From Paraspadella gotoi (taxonomy: Eukaryota; Animalia; Chaetognatha): a DNA stretch of 64,000 bases. Location of the stretch: assembly GCA_051294375.1 (NCBI GenBank), contig CM119264.1, positions 222,148 through 286,147 on the forward strand, written 5' to 3'. The position numbers and the translations under genes were made by a program. This document shows positions 12,713 to 26,317 of the stretch, piece after piece. The notes under the pieces were generated by a model. That model saw only the letters and a program-made list of their open reading frames with translations. It was not told the DNA's origin and ran no database searches. Each line of letters opens with the position of its first letter. The first letter of the stretch is position 1.

Positions 12713-13100
12713 TTCTCTCTCTCTCTCTCTCTGTCCGCGTTAAAGAATCGCCAAAGCAAAGCAATAAAAACAAAATATAAAAATTTAAAAAAAAAAAAAT
12801 TCAATCGAATTGAAATTCGATTTTATTTTATATCGAGACACAATTTTCCCGACGACGACGAAGACGACGACGACGACGACGACGACTACGACGACGATTC
12901 TGACCCTAACTAATTCCGCAATCGGGATTTCAATTTATTTCTTTCGCTTCACAAATCATCACAGACTAATTCACTATTTTCTATCCTAAAGAGAAAAACT
13001 CTTCTCAACCTTTGATGTTTAATCTTTCTCCAGCATTTATGTTGTCACCTAATCTTTCTTCAGCAACATCGTTTGTTCAATACATACACTACAAACACTT

Positions 13101-13150
<50 letters not shown>

Positions 13151-13350
13151 ATTTCGCTCTAGCTCCCCACCTTGCTTTCTCCTCTTTCCCTTTTCCCCTC
13201 TGCCTTTCTCTCCTCCCTCCCCTCCTCTCCCTCTCTCTATTTCTCTGTCTCGCTCTCTCTCTCGCTCTCTCTCTCTCTCTATACTCAATCCTGCTTCGGA
13301 ACAAAAGGTTAAAAATCTGTGTTGGAACGCGAATGGAGGTCAAAGCGAGC

Positions 13351-13402
<52 letters not shown>

Positions 13403-13853
13403 CGGTCTCGAATTTCTCGATATAAACATCGCCCACTGTACGGTTCGTTAGTTAACCTTATCGAATTTTTTTTCCGCGATTTTTTCGGTCACAACAATAA
13501 AAATAACAGTAGCTGCAGCAGCCACGCCAGAGATAGCAGAAAATCCCAGTTTTAAGCAATTTTACACAATAGTACATAACAAATATACGAGTCGCAGGTA
13601 GTAATTAATAGATTACGTAATGTAATAATAGCATTCGTTTTAATATTTGTCCTAAGATAAATAAGGTTTCATAGTAAATTTCATATGTTGGAGTCATTTT
13701 CAAGCATCACTTAAGGCTTGACGAAATGGATCGGAGAGTTAAGCCATTACCACCTTATTAATTGAGTTAAGCCATTACAAACTTATTAATTGAGTTAAGC
13801 CATTACCACCATATTAATAGAGTTAAACCATTACCACCTTAATAATTGAGAAC

Positions 13854-14588
13854 TATGGCAACGGGAGGATAACCTGTGATACCCGGGGCACCCAGGGTGG
13901 GGCGGCGGGGTAATCTCACCAACTGGCGTAGGGCTGCGGACCCTCAGTGACCGCCTCCTGTCACTCGGCATGTTTATACCGGCACCGTCACATTTAAGCC
14001 AGAACCGGGATACCCAGGGATTGAACCCGGGACGCACGGATGGAATGAGATGATTTAGCCTGCAGCCATTGAGACGAGGCTGAGGACGGACAGCAGTGAG
14101 GCAGCTTTAAGTCTTGCTGCCACAGATCCCCCACCAGACTTCTCCACAGGGCCTCAATCCTGAGGAAGATGTCTGAGAGAAGGTTTTGATCTCATTGCCA
14201 TAGTGAGCACGGCGGCGAGCGAGTCTGGAGCGTTACCCAGAGAAGTAGGGCATAGGCGTGATATGCATACCCTAAGCGACGTAAGCGTGGCGCACGGTGC
14301 GCAGGCGGTTGCGTGTCGAGAGTAGGGCTCACCACTTATGGCAACGGGAGGCATAGCCTGTGATACCGGGGCGGGGGTATCTCACCAACTAGCGTAGGGG
14401 CTGCGGACCCTCAGTGACCGCCTCCGTCACTGGCATGTTATACGGCACCGTCACATTTAAGCCAGAAACCGGGATACCCAGGGATTGAACCGGGATGCAC
14501 GGATGGAATGATGATATTAGCTGCTCAGCCATTGAAACGAAGGCTGAGGACGGACAGCAGTGAGGCAGCTTTAAGTCTTGCTGCCACA
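13854..14588 (-). mobile_element. Same TRIM (family A), copy inside the 9-kb duplicated block
   Basis: LTRs at 13854-14124 and 14337-14588, internal domain 14125-14336. Flanks GAAC / GAAAC. PBS-like sequence ~14323-14334, PPT-like ~14125-14145. Inserted into a ~28-bp GAGTTAAGCCATTACCACCTTATTAATT minisatellite. Confidence 0.88.
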
Positions 14589-15185
14589 GAAACTTATTAA
14601 TTGAGTTAAGCTATTACCTCCTTATTAATGAGCAGGGGGTCACAATGGCAAGAAGTGTAATGTAATCTATCAATATATAGACTATTCTGAGACCAACTAA
14701 ATGTTACTATGTAGAAAAAAAGGGGACACTCGCTTTCAAGCTGAATAGTTCTCACTGGTTACTTTGTAATGACGACGACCAAAATGATGATGAAAATGAT
14801 GACGACACACAAAGACGATGACTATGATGACGACCACAACGACGATGACTATGATGAACGACCACAATGACGATGACTATGATGACAACCACAACGCCTT
14901 CATAGAGAGAGACATTGTTTCCGTCGTCATGAAACTGCGTCACAATAATTTTTCGCTCGTGACTCTTCACATCATTATTCACGAACGTTTTCCGGAGACG
15001 GACGTCACTAAAGGAAAACGGCGCCGGGAAAAAAGAAAACGGCGCCGAAAAACAGTTACTTCCCTCGGAAAGCGGCGCTGTTTTGACGCCGACATTTCAT
15101 ACATTCGGTGACGGCATCTCGACCGGCGTGGAACCGCTATTGTTATGGCGTTCATCGGGGCGATATGAGAGCGAGTGAGAGAGAG

Positions 15186-15238
<53 letters not shown>

Positions 15239-15311
15239 GAGTCAAAGGCGGAGTTTGAGGATTATGGGAAGCCATAACAAAGGAATACGACTTTCAGGAA
15301 TAAAAAGAGAG

Positions 15312-15357
<46 letters not shown>

Positions 15358-15533
15358 AGAGAAGAGAGAGAGAGAGAGAAAAGGACAGAGAGGGAAGTAA
15401 TTCTGGATCTTGTGTCCAGATATCACCTAATGGAACCAGAAAGAGCAATAATAACATAAGTTTTAGATTCGTACTTTTCACTTTTATAATGGTAAGTGAA
15501 CGTTATTGGGCTAATCTTACATATTTCCCTTTT

Positions 15534-15680
15534 GTGACACGGTGGCTCATGCAGTAAGGCCATCAGCTCATGACCACGACAAGCCAAGTTCAAAATTAAC
15601 CCACTTGCTAATGTACGGTAACCGTGGTGACGGCTGTAAACCGCCGTGGAAAACCCGGTTCTAAACTAGGGCCAATCTAT
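15534..15680 (+). mobile_element. Family-B element, diverged fragment
   Basis: GTGACACGGTGGCTCATG...CCATCAGCTCATGACCAC...GACGGCTGTAAACCGCC.TGGAAAACCCGGTTCTAAAC. Duplicate at ~24554-24700. Confidence 0.6.
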
Positions 15681-17666
15681 GTCAATGGAGTAGGTCAAAG
15701 TTTGATTTTATTTTCAATTTCTGAGAAAACTTTCAAATGGACCAAAATTTTCAAAAATGGCTAGAAAGCACTAGTAAAATATTTTTAATATTTAAAAAGA
15801 ATTTTGTATCTTCTCNNNNNNNNNNNNNNNNNNNNNNNNNACCTCAACAGGTGAAAGGAAAAAAAAGTTGAAAACTCAAAAGAAATATTCTGGTTCTCAC
15901 AGAATCAAACAATTATTTTATGGTTTTTTTTTCCTATTATATAATTAAAACATTCCTTAAAAATATTAAATTTAAGGAGTTAATGAAATAAACTGTGAGA
16001 GAGTCTTGAATTGAAAACTGAAAAGACAGTATTATTGTATATGTCAGTGACAGAACCGGTTCAATATAAGCAGTCCCTGAGCTTCGGATCAGGCTGTAAC
16101 ACCGTGCTACAGCTTGGTTAAGCGCCCCGTCCCTCTTAACTGCCAGACGACACCGGGCTAGAACCCGGACCTTTGGGTTGGGAGCGAATGAACAGCTCCG
16201 GCACAATGCCGCTGATGAACGGTTGGTGGATTCAGTCCACCATAAAACATGCAGGGACCTGCCTATTTATTATCATTAGGCAGAGGAGGCCTATTTAATG
16301 AAGAGAATGGATGATTTTGTTATTCGTTGTACTAATTTCATTTAAAAATCTAATGTTATCAAGTCGCAGTATCGACGTATCAATGTCTGCCACACAAGAT
16401 CAAACAAAGGAATGCCTCATCTTAAAATGCTCTACTCTAAATTTATATACACACATCTCCAAACCTCTCCAAAGTCCCATCTAATATCCCAGATGCCCTT
16501 TTCCAGCATTAAAATGAACCCACATGTCAGAAATGCTCCTTTTCTGCCAACTCTCAAGCACGGCTCTCACGAGTTCCCTCGAGATCTCTCGATCAATATG
16601 AGAGTGGCGCTGGCTTAGACCTCAAAGACCCGAGAGTCAAGTTGATTATGAACGACGAGTTTCCCCGCTCACGAGGGATTCCCCCCCCCCGCCTTCAAGA
16701 CCCATTCTCGACCTTATTTCCCCCGTTTTTCAAATCCCCCTCGCCATCTACCCAGCTTAGATTATTTTCAAAAATGACAATCGGTGTTAATTTTTTAACC
16801 CTAATCTCTGACCTAATTTTACTGTTAATGAATGTTGTGATTATGGTTAGCGATTTGGATAAGCGTTTAGAGTGAGAGGTTAGTGATTAGAAATTAGGGT
16901 TTAGGATTTATGGTTCAAGATTACAGGTTAGGGTTTAGGAGATAGGAGTTCAGATTAGGGTTAGGGTTAAAGATTATAAATTTGGGTTTAGGTTGCTAGG
17001 TTTATGTTAGATAGGGTTAAGGGTTAGATTATGAAATTGGGTTTAAGATTTAATGTCAAAATTAAGTTAGGGTTTAAGGTTGGGTTCAAAATTATGGTTT
17101 AGGTTAGGGTTAGTCTATAATTTAAAAACCTATTTAGGTTAAATTTAAATTTATAATGTAATTTCTGAGAAAAACAAATCAGAAATTGACATCACTCAGA
17201 AGAAGAGCCACTTTATCAGCTTCATTAGTCCAACTCAGCCTAACCATACTTAAACGATATTATATAATTGAAACAAAAACAGTAATGGTATCAAAAATAA
17301 TGTAAAAAGATGTTGAACGCAGTTACACTGTTATGGATTAAGGGTTTTAGATTAGTGATTTGGGTATTAAAGATTAGGTTTTACAGACTAGGTGATTTGA
17401 GTTAAGTAAGGATTAAGAAATTTTGTTAAGGTTAAATATTAGTATTAAAGATTGGCTTGTCACTGTTTGTTCATCGATATAAGCCGAAATAGACGCCGTG
17501 GAAAAGAGAGCCTTCACTCATATCGCATTCAAGCATTTTTTTTCGAGTCATGAATTTACATTTTATATCCCGTTCCTTTCTTTCACGCCATCTGTTAATA
17601 TTTCAACTCTTATTCTTTGAGAAAATATCGAAAAAACATTGAGTCAAAGTGAAAAAGAAGAAGAGA

Positions 17667-17712
<46 letters not shown>

Positions 17713-17842
17713 CGAGGACGCCAAGGGAGCCAGAGATCGGATCGGAGAAGGATGAACGATACTAAACAATGAGCTTTAATTGATGGAAAGTCACTTTTTT
17801 AAAAAGAACGAGAGAAGAGAGAGAGAGAAGAGAGAGAGAGAT

Positions 17843-17876
<34 letters not shown>

Positions 17877-20800
17877 GAATGAAACTTTTTCAGTGCGCGC
17901 ACAAAATCGACGTCCGAAACTGTAAAGGCACGGGGGAAGGCTAAATGAAGAACAAGGCGTTGTACAGGGAAGGTTTACACCTCTTGAAAATGAATTAAAT
18001 TTATAACTATTAATTTGAAAATTTTATAATATTAATACCCTATTAAAAATATGCTAAAAAATAAAATAAGACTTTATGAAAGATATAGCAATAATTAAAC
18101 TGCTACAACATGTAAATGAGATGAAAAACTTAATCTTAGATGAATGTGAAACAAAGGAATGAGGTATGATCTTGAGTTTACATTGAGTCAGAGGATCATG
18201 TCATGTCTGTCAAGTCATGTCATAACATCATGAGCAAAAAAAATTTTAATACCGTATAGCAAGAAAACGGGTCACAAAAGTGAAGATTAGGTCAAAGATA
18301 TAGAGAAAACCTGTGAGATGATGTGAGATGATAGATAATGATAGATAATTAAACATGGGTACGAGATAACGGTATCATGATATCGTGATATCATGATATC
18401 ATGACATCATGAAACGGTGACTTTTATCTGAGTTTTCACTCCAGAGCCCGAGTGAAATGAAAGAGGGTGAGTTCAGTGGTCGCGTTTTCAATGTCTTTCG
18501 TTCGAAAGATAAAACGTGTCCGTTAGAGGACATTTAAATCGCTTAAAGTCGAGGAAAAGGGTGAAGCGTCTGGGGAAAAAGATGGCGCTCCGATCTGAGT
18601 GTTTTTAATGGACGCAAAGATTAAAATGGCGATTGGCGATTAAACGTCGTTCGTTCGTCGTTCGTCATTCGTTCATCTTTCGTCGTTCGTGTCGTTCGTA
18701 TCGTTCGTTCGTTCGTTCGTTCCTCGTTCATTGTTCATCCGTTTGTTCGTCTTCTTCATTCATTTGTCGTTCATCTTCGTTGTTTGTCGTTCATTCATCG
18801 TTCATCGTTTGTTCATCTTTATCGTCATCGTCATAGTTTGTCGTTGTTCGTCGTTCGTCTCATCGTTCGTCTCGTTCGATCCGTCTTCGTCATCTTACGT
18901 CATTTATTCGTCGTTCGTTCGTCTTCATCGTCGTTCGTGTCGTTTTCGTCGTATTTCGTCGTCGTATTCGTCGTATTTCGTCGTCTTCGCGTATTTCGTC
19001 GTATTTCGTCGTCGTATTTCGTCGTCGTCACTTAATTGTTTTCGATTTAAAAAAATGGAGGAGAGGGAAATTCCAGGTTCGACTCACGATGATAAAAAAG
19101 GAGATTTGATTTCGCTTATTGACGGCAGAGGGCGTTTGTCGGAAAGAGGCAGAAAGTTGGGCTTCATTATCAAGAAAAACCCTTTTCATCTTTAAATAGA
19201 AATTTGTAAATTGTTTATGTTTAAAGTTCAGGAGCTAAAAGATAAGTCAGTTACTGAACGGGTCCTGGGCTTGGCACCAGACTTAGGGCTTTCTTTCCTC
19301 CCAGTTTGTTTCTGGTACGAACTCACGCTTCCCGCAGGATCCTGGTACCAGATGGTAATGAGCGGATGGAATTACTCAGTGAGCTACCAGGTCTCCGAAG
19401 GGAAATGGTAATGAGCTGATGGTATTGGTAATGTAATGAGCTGATGATACTACTCAATGAGCTACTGGGTCACCGAGGGGTAATGGTAATAAGCTGATTG
19501 TAATGGTAATGTAATGAGTTGATATATTACTCCAATGAGCTACCGGGTCACGAAGGGGAACTTGTTGCAACTGTGGGATTCGTTCCCGAATTTTTCCGGT
19601 CTCCGGACTCGGATGGAATATGATCCTCAATTAAGGCCACAAAGAACTATACATTAACAACTATTTTATATTAGAAGAATTAAATTAAACTAAAGAGATT
19701 CGATCCTGGAACCTTCTCCACCATGAGTGAATGATTTGTAACAATCACCATTATGATTTATAACATGTAGATATTCCAACTTTATTATTGTCATTGTTAT
19801 AGCCTGTTAAATAACTATTCTAAAACAAATGAACAAAGGAAACACTTATAGATCAGTAGCTCTAACTAGTGAAACAATTCTACTTTGTTAAGTGAAACTT
19901 TTCACTATGTTTACTCATCATCAAAGAAACTTATTGTCATGGAGTCACTGCTTAACAAAAGATTATTATTAATGCTTGTTATTGAATATTAGTATTTGCT
20001 TGTATGCTTGTGTTTTGCCTTTTTATATGCATATAGAATATCTATATGCTTTGATTATTTTATTAAGGTATATGTTTTTAATAAAAGAACAAAACAAGCT
20101 TTGTTCAAGACTTTTTATTAAGCTTTAAAGCAAGCTAGAAACTCGCAACAAAGACGCCGATCCGACGACGCCGTCCTACAACGCCTCTGTCCTCTGATCA
20201 AGTGGCGTCTATGTGCGTGGTGAACTATTTCCGGTCTCGACGCCAATTCCGAGAATCGACCGTTCACCACACAACTACGAAACTATGAGTGTTAATTATC
20301 GATGAATGTGAAATGAATGTGAATGAATGTCGATTAATATGAATGAATGTCAATGAATATCAATGAATGTCATTGAATGTCGATGAATGTTGATGAATGT
20401 CAATGAATTTCGATGAATGACAATAAATGTCGCTGAATGTCGATGAAAATGGATGAAATATTGATGAATATCGATGAATGTCATAAATGTCGAAGAATGT
20501 TGATGAATGTCAATAAATATGATGAATGTCGATGAATGACGATAAATGTCGATGAAATGATCGATGAAAATAGATGAATATTGATGGATATCGAAGAATG
20601 CTAATGAATATCGATGAATGTCAATGAATATTGATGATGTCGATGAATGTCGATGTATGTCGATGAAATATTGATGAATATCGATGAATGTCGATGTATG
20701 TCGATGAATATTGATGAATTTTCGATGAATGTCGATGAATATCGATGAATGTCCATGAATGTCTATGAATGTCCATAAAAGTAAAAGAACTTCATGAATG

Positions 20801-21117
20801 TAAATGTAAATGTAAATATCTCGGTCATTTTAAAAGAAGAGTTTGATTCCTTCTTTGGTTTGTTTTGTTTTTGTTTTTGTTTTTTTTTTTTTTTCATTTC
20901 TGAGTCCTCCGAAATCCTACTGATGAAAATGTAAGATAAACGTAGACTTTTTTGATATTTACTAACAAAAATTATATAAAATAAACTTATGTTGTTCCAA
21001 CGCACGAACGAAATCTTTGAAAAAAAAGTTGAAAAGGAAAAACGCATCCCTGCTTTTTGAAAGTCGATTTCGTGAGAAGAGAAAAGAGAGAGAGCGAGAC
21101 AGTGAAAGAAACAGTGT

Positions 21118-21180
<63 letters not shown>

Positions 21181-21268
21181 AGTGAGTGTGAAAAAGGAAA
21201 ACTAAAAATAGCGTGAATAAAGGAAATTTTCATTTTCTCAGTCCAACGATTTCGTGAAACATTGCAAG

Positions 21269-21314
<46 letters not shown>

Positions 21315-21363
21315 CAACTATTTCGTGAAACATTGCAATCAAAGTGAGGAGGAGAGAGAGGAG

Positions 21364-21441
<78 letters not shown>

Positions 21442-21513
21442 GTAGAAGAAGAAATAGTGAAAAAAGTAGTGAAATGTTGTGGAATTCTTAATTTCAGACT
21501 GAAAATCAAAAGA

Positions 21514-21567
<54 letters not shown>

Positions 21568-21721
21568 ATTGAGCCCCCGACGGATGCTTTGATGCCCCTG
21601 ATTCCTTGATGTTGAGATGCAAAATTGATGCAGTTGACTATAAGACGTATTTGGACCAGTGGTCCCCTGAACCCGAATTTTGACTTTATAATTTCATGCT
21701 GTTTTTTTTATATCTCTCTCT

Positions 21722-21785
<64 letters not shown>

Positions 21786-22167
21786 CTCTCTCTCTCTCTC
21801 TGTCCGCGTTAAAGAATCGCCAAAGCAAAAGCAATAAAACAAAAAAAAAAAAAAAATTCATCGAATTGAAATTCGATTTTATTTTATATCGAGACACAAT
21901 TTCCCGACGACGACGAAGACGACGACGACGACGACGACGACTACGACCGACGATTCTGACCCTAACTATTCCGCAATCGGATTTCAATTTATTCTTTCGC
22001 TTCACAAATCATCACAGACTAATCACTATTTTCTATCCTAAGAGAAAAACTCTTCTCAACCTTTGATGTTTAATCTTTCTCCAGCATTTATGTTGTCACC
22101 TAATCTTTCTTCAGCAACATCGTTTGTTCAATACATACACTACAACACTTTCTCTCTCTCTCTCTCT

Positions 22168-22205
<38 letters not shown>

Positions 22206-22414
22206 ATTTCGCTCTAGCTCCCCACCTGCTTTCTCCTCTTTCCCTTTCCCTCTGCCTTTCTCTCCTCCCTCCCCTCCTCCCTCTCTCTATTTCTCTGTCT
22301 CGCTCTCTCTCTCGCTCTTCTCTCTCTCCTATACTCAATCCTGCTTCGGAACAAAAGGTTAAAAATCTGTGTTGGAACGCGAATGGAGGTCAAAGCGAGC
22401 AGAGAGAGAGAGAA

Positions 22415-22461
<47 letters not shown>

Positions 22462-22914
22462 CGGTCTCGAATTTCTCGATATAAACATCGCCCACTGTAC
22501 GGTTCGTTAGTTAACCTTATCGAATTTTTTTTCCGCGATTTTTTTCGGTCACAACAATAAAAATAACAGTAGCTGCAGCAGCACGCCAGAGATAGCAGAA
22601 AATCCCAGTTTAAAGCAATTTTACAACAATAGTACATAACAAATATACGAGTCGCAGGTAGTAATTAATAGATTACGTAATGTAATAATAGCATTCGTTT
22701 TAATATTTGTCCTAAGATAAATAAAGGTTTCATAGTAAATTTCATATGTTGGAGTCATTTTCAAGCATCACTTAAGGCTTTGACGAAATGGATCGGAGAG
22801 TTAGCCATTACCACCTTATTAATTGAGTTAAGCCATTACAAACTTATTAATTGAGTTAAGCCATTACCACCATATTAATAGAGTTAAACCATTACCACCT
22901 TAATAATTGAGAAC

Positions 22915-23640
22915 TATGGCAACGGGAGGATAACCTGTGATACCCGGGGCGCGGGGTAATCTCACCAACTGGCGTAGGGGCTGCGGACCCTCAGTGACCG
23001 CCATCCTGTCACTGGCATGTTTATACCGGCACCGTCACACATTTAAGCCAGAACCGGGATACCCAGGGATTGAACCCGGGACGCACGGATGGAATGAGAT
23101 GATTTAGCCTGCTCAGCCATTGAGACGAGCTGAGGACGGACAGCAGTGAGGCAGCTTAAGTCTTGCTGCCACAGATCCCCCACCAGACTTCTCCACAGGG
23201 GCCTCAATCCTGAGGAGAATGTCTGAGAGAAGGTTTTGTCTCATTGCCATAGTGAGACGAGCGGCGAGCGAGTCTGGAGCGTTACCAGAGAAGTAGGGCA
23301 TAGGCGTGATAGCATACCCTAAGCGACGTAAGCGTGGGCGCACGGTGCGCAGCGGTTGCGTGTTCGAGAGTAGGGCTCACCACTTATGGCAACGGGAGGA
23401 TAGCTGTGATACCCGGGGCGGGGTATCTCACCAACTAGCGTAGGGGCTAGCGGACCCTCAGTGACCGCCTCCTGTCACTGGCATGTTTATACGGCACCGT
23501 CACATTTAAGCCAGAAACCGGGATACCCAGGGATTGAACCCGGGATGCACGGATGGAATGAGATGATTTAGCCTGCTCAGCCATTGAGAACGAGGCTGAG
23601 GACGGACAGCAGTGAGGCAGCTTTAAGTCTTGCTGCCACA
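22915..23640 (-). mobile_element. Non-autonomous LTR retrotransposon (TRIM) with tRNA-like Pol III promoter in each LTR (family A), complete copy
   Basis: Direct repeats 22915-23173 and 23385-23640 (~256-259 bp). On the minus strand each reads TGTGGCAGC...GTTGCCATA (terminal inverted repeat). Perfect 4-bp TSD GAAC at 22911-22914 and 23641-23644. Minus-strand AG-TGGTGAGCCCTAC (PBS-like) follows the 5' LTR and GGAGAAGTCTGGTGGGGGATC (PPT-like) precedes the 3' LTR. A box TGGCTGAGCAGG and B box GGTTCAATCCC lie inside the LTRs. No recognisable ORF. Confidence 0.9.
23067..23125 (-). promoter_or_regulatory. tRNA-type (type 2) Pol III internal promoter within LTR
   Basis: Minus strand: CTCAA-TGGCTGAGCAGG (A box) ... 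CCCGGGTTCAATCCCTGG (B box), with tRNA-like spacing of ~30 nt. Repeated in all four LTR copies. Confidence 0.75.
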
Positions 23641-24218
23641 GAACCTTATTAATTGAGTTAAGCTATTACCTCCTTATTAATTGAGCAGGGGGTACAATGG
23701 CAAGAAGTGTAATGTAATCTATCAATATATAGACTAATCTGAGACCAACTAAATGTTACTATGTAGAAAAAAAGGGGACACTCGCTTTCAAGCTGAATAG
23801 TTCTCACTGTTACTTTGTAATACGACGACCAAAATGATGATGAAAATGATGACGACCACAACGACGATGACTATGATGACGACCACAACGACGATGACTA
23901 TGATGACGACCACAATGACGATGACTATGATGACAACCACAACGCCTTCATGAGAGAGACATTGTTTCCGTCGTCATGGAAACTGCGTCACAATAATTTT
24001 TCGCTCGTGACTCTTCACATCATTATTCACGACGTTTTCCGAGACGACGTCACTAAAGGAAACGGCGCCGGGAAAAAAGAAAACGGCGCCGAAAAACAGT
24101 TACTTCCCTCGGAAAGCGGCGCTGTTTTGACGCCGACATTTCATACATTCGGTGACGGCATCTCGACCCGGCGTGGAACCGCTATTGTTATGGCGTTCAT
24201 CGGGGCGATAGTGAGAGC

Positions 24219-24267
<49 letters not shown>

Positions 24268-25622
24268 AGAGGAGAGAAGAGAGAGAGAGCAGAGTCAAAG
24301 GCGAGTAGTTTGAGGATTATGGGAGCCATAACAAAGGAATACGACTTTCAGGAATAAAAAGAGAGGAGAGAGGAGAGAGAGAGAGAGAGAGAGAGAGAAG
24401 GACAGAGAGGGAAGTAATTCTGGATCTTGTGTCCAGATATCACCTTATGGAACCAGAAAGAGCAATAATAACATAAGTTTTAGATTCGTACTTTTCACTT
24501 TTTTTATAAATGGTAAGTGACGTTATTGGGCTAATCTTACATATTTTCCCTTTTGTGACACGGTGGCTCATGCAGTAAGGCCATCAGCTCATGACCACGA
24601 CAAGCCAAGTTCAAAATTAACCCACTTGCTAATGTACGGTAACCGTGGTGACGGCTGTAAACCGCCGTGGAAAACCCGGTTCTAAACTAGGGCCAATCTA
24701 TGTCAATGGAGTAGGTCAAAGTTTGATTTTATTCATTTCTGAGAAAACTTTCAATGGACCAAAATTTTCAAAAATGGCTAGAAGCACTAGTAAATATTTT
24801 TTTAATATTTAAAAGATATTTTGTTATCTCTCCTCGGATCAGTCTTTTTTAATCCTTTAAGTTGACCTTACCTGACCTTATCTTTTGACCATTCTAGTCG
24901 CTTTCTCGTGACTTTCTTTCGGCCGAAAACCTCGTCACTTGTCATTCGATCAGAATCATTTTTAAAGAAAAGATCGGCTGCGATTCCAATGATTTATTAC
25001 AAACATTTATTTGACATTTCATTGATTTGCCAAGGATTTATATCTCTACAAAAATACAAATAATTCACGATTTATTCTACATTTTTCGACGTTTTCTTTA
25101 CGCTTTAAGATTTAGTAAGATACTACGAAATCCTTGCTCCTTGTCAAAATCTGTTCATCCGACGGCCGACGCCTCGAACGCGCGACCCGCAGGCATAGAA
25201 AATGTGACGCCGTTTGCCTCTGATCGGCGCCGTTAATACCTCNNNNNNNNNNNNNNNNNNNNNNNNNNNNNNNNNNNNNNNNNNNNNNNNNNNNNNNNNN
25301 NNNNNNNNNNNNNNNNNNNNNNNNNNNNNNNNNNNNNNNNNNGGAGAGAAAGGAGTAGAGAGGGAGAGAGAGAGAGGAGATAGGGGGATTGACAGATGAC
25401 ACTTTCGGGAAAAAGGAGGAGGAGGAGGAGGAGGAGGAGGAGGGAGGTGAAGCTGTGTGAGACCAAATTCTGTGTGGATCTCAGGAAAAGACTAAGGATT
25501 GAATTTTGATGCAGAATTTCTTTCTTTCCTTCTTTCTCTCTTTCTTTATTTCGTTATTTCTTTCTTTCTTTTTATATATCTTTATTTCTATCTTTCTTTC
25601 TCTATTTATTTTATTCTTTTTT

Positions 25623-25661
<39 letters not shown>

Positions 25662-25882
25662 CTCTTTCTGTTTTTCTCTCTTTTTTCTTTCTCTCTTTCT
25701 GTCTTTTTCTTTTTTTCTTTCTTTCTTTTTTTCTTTCTTTCTTTCTTTCGTTCTTTATATCTCATCTGACCTACTGTCTGTCTGTTTTTTTGCATATTTG
25801 TCTGTCTGTCCATCTATCTTAAATCTTAATTTTTTTCCTCTTTTTTTTAAAATAATCTCTCTCTCTCTCTCCTCTCTCCTTC

Positions 25883-25914
<32 letters not shown>

Positions 25915-26006
25915 TCTCCTCTCTCTCTCTTTCCTTCTCTCTCTCTACTTTCTCTCTCTCTCCTTTCTCTCTCTCTCCTCTTTTTTTTTTTCTTTCTCCT
26001 CTCCCC

Positions 26007-26064
<58 letters not shown>

Positions 26065-26087
26065 TCTCTCTTCTCTCACCCTTTCTG

Positions 26088-26137
<50 letters not shown>

Positions 26138-26277
26138 GGTAAAAAAAAAAAATCCAAGTACAACGAACTTAGGTCTTAAACACAAGTAAGAACTCAGTAT
26201 TGACGTCGGCAGAAGTTTTTTCTTTTTTTCTTTATTCCTCTGCCTCTACTCTCTTTCTCTTTTTTCTTTCTCTCTCT

Positions 26278-26317
<40 letters not shown>

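Larger units (their letters stand above)
15841..24831 (+). repeat. ~9-kb direct duplicate of 6827-15815 (probable assembly artefact)
   Basis: Starts ACCTCAACAGGTGAAAGG as at 6827 and is colinear throughout. Separated from the first copy by exactly 25 N. Differences are mostly 1-nt indels. Confidence 0.92.

Noticed and set aside
14080-14170. CTGAGGA motifs in the TRIM: hammerhead retrozyme?
   Set aside because: They lie on the antisense strand and lack a correctly placed stem II-GAAA. The GAAAC at 14589 is flank sequence (GAAC in the other copy).
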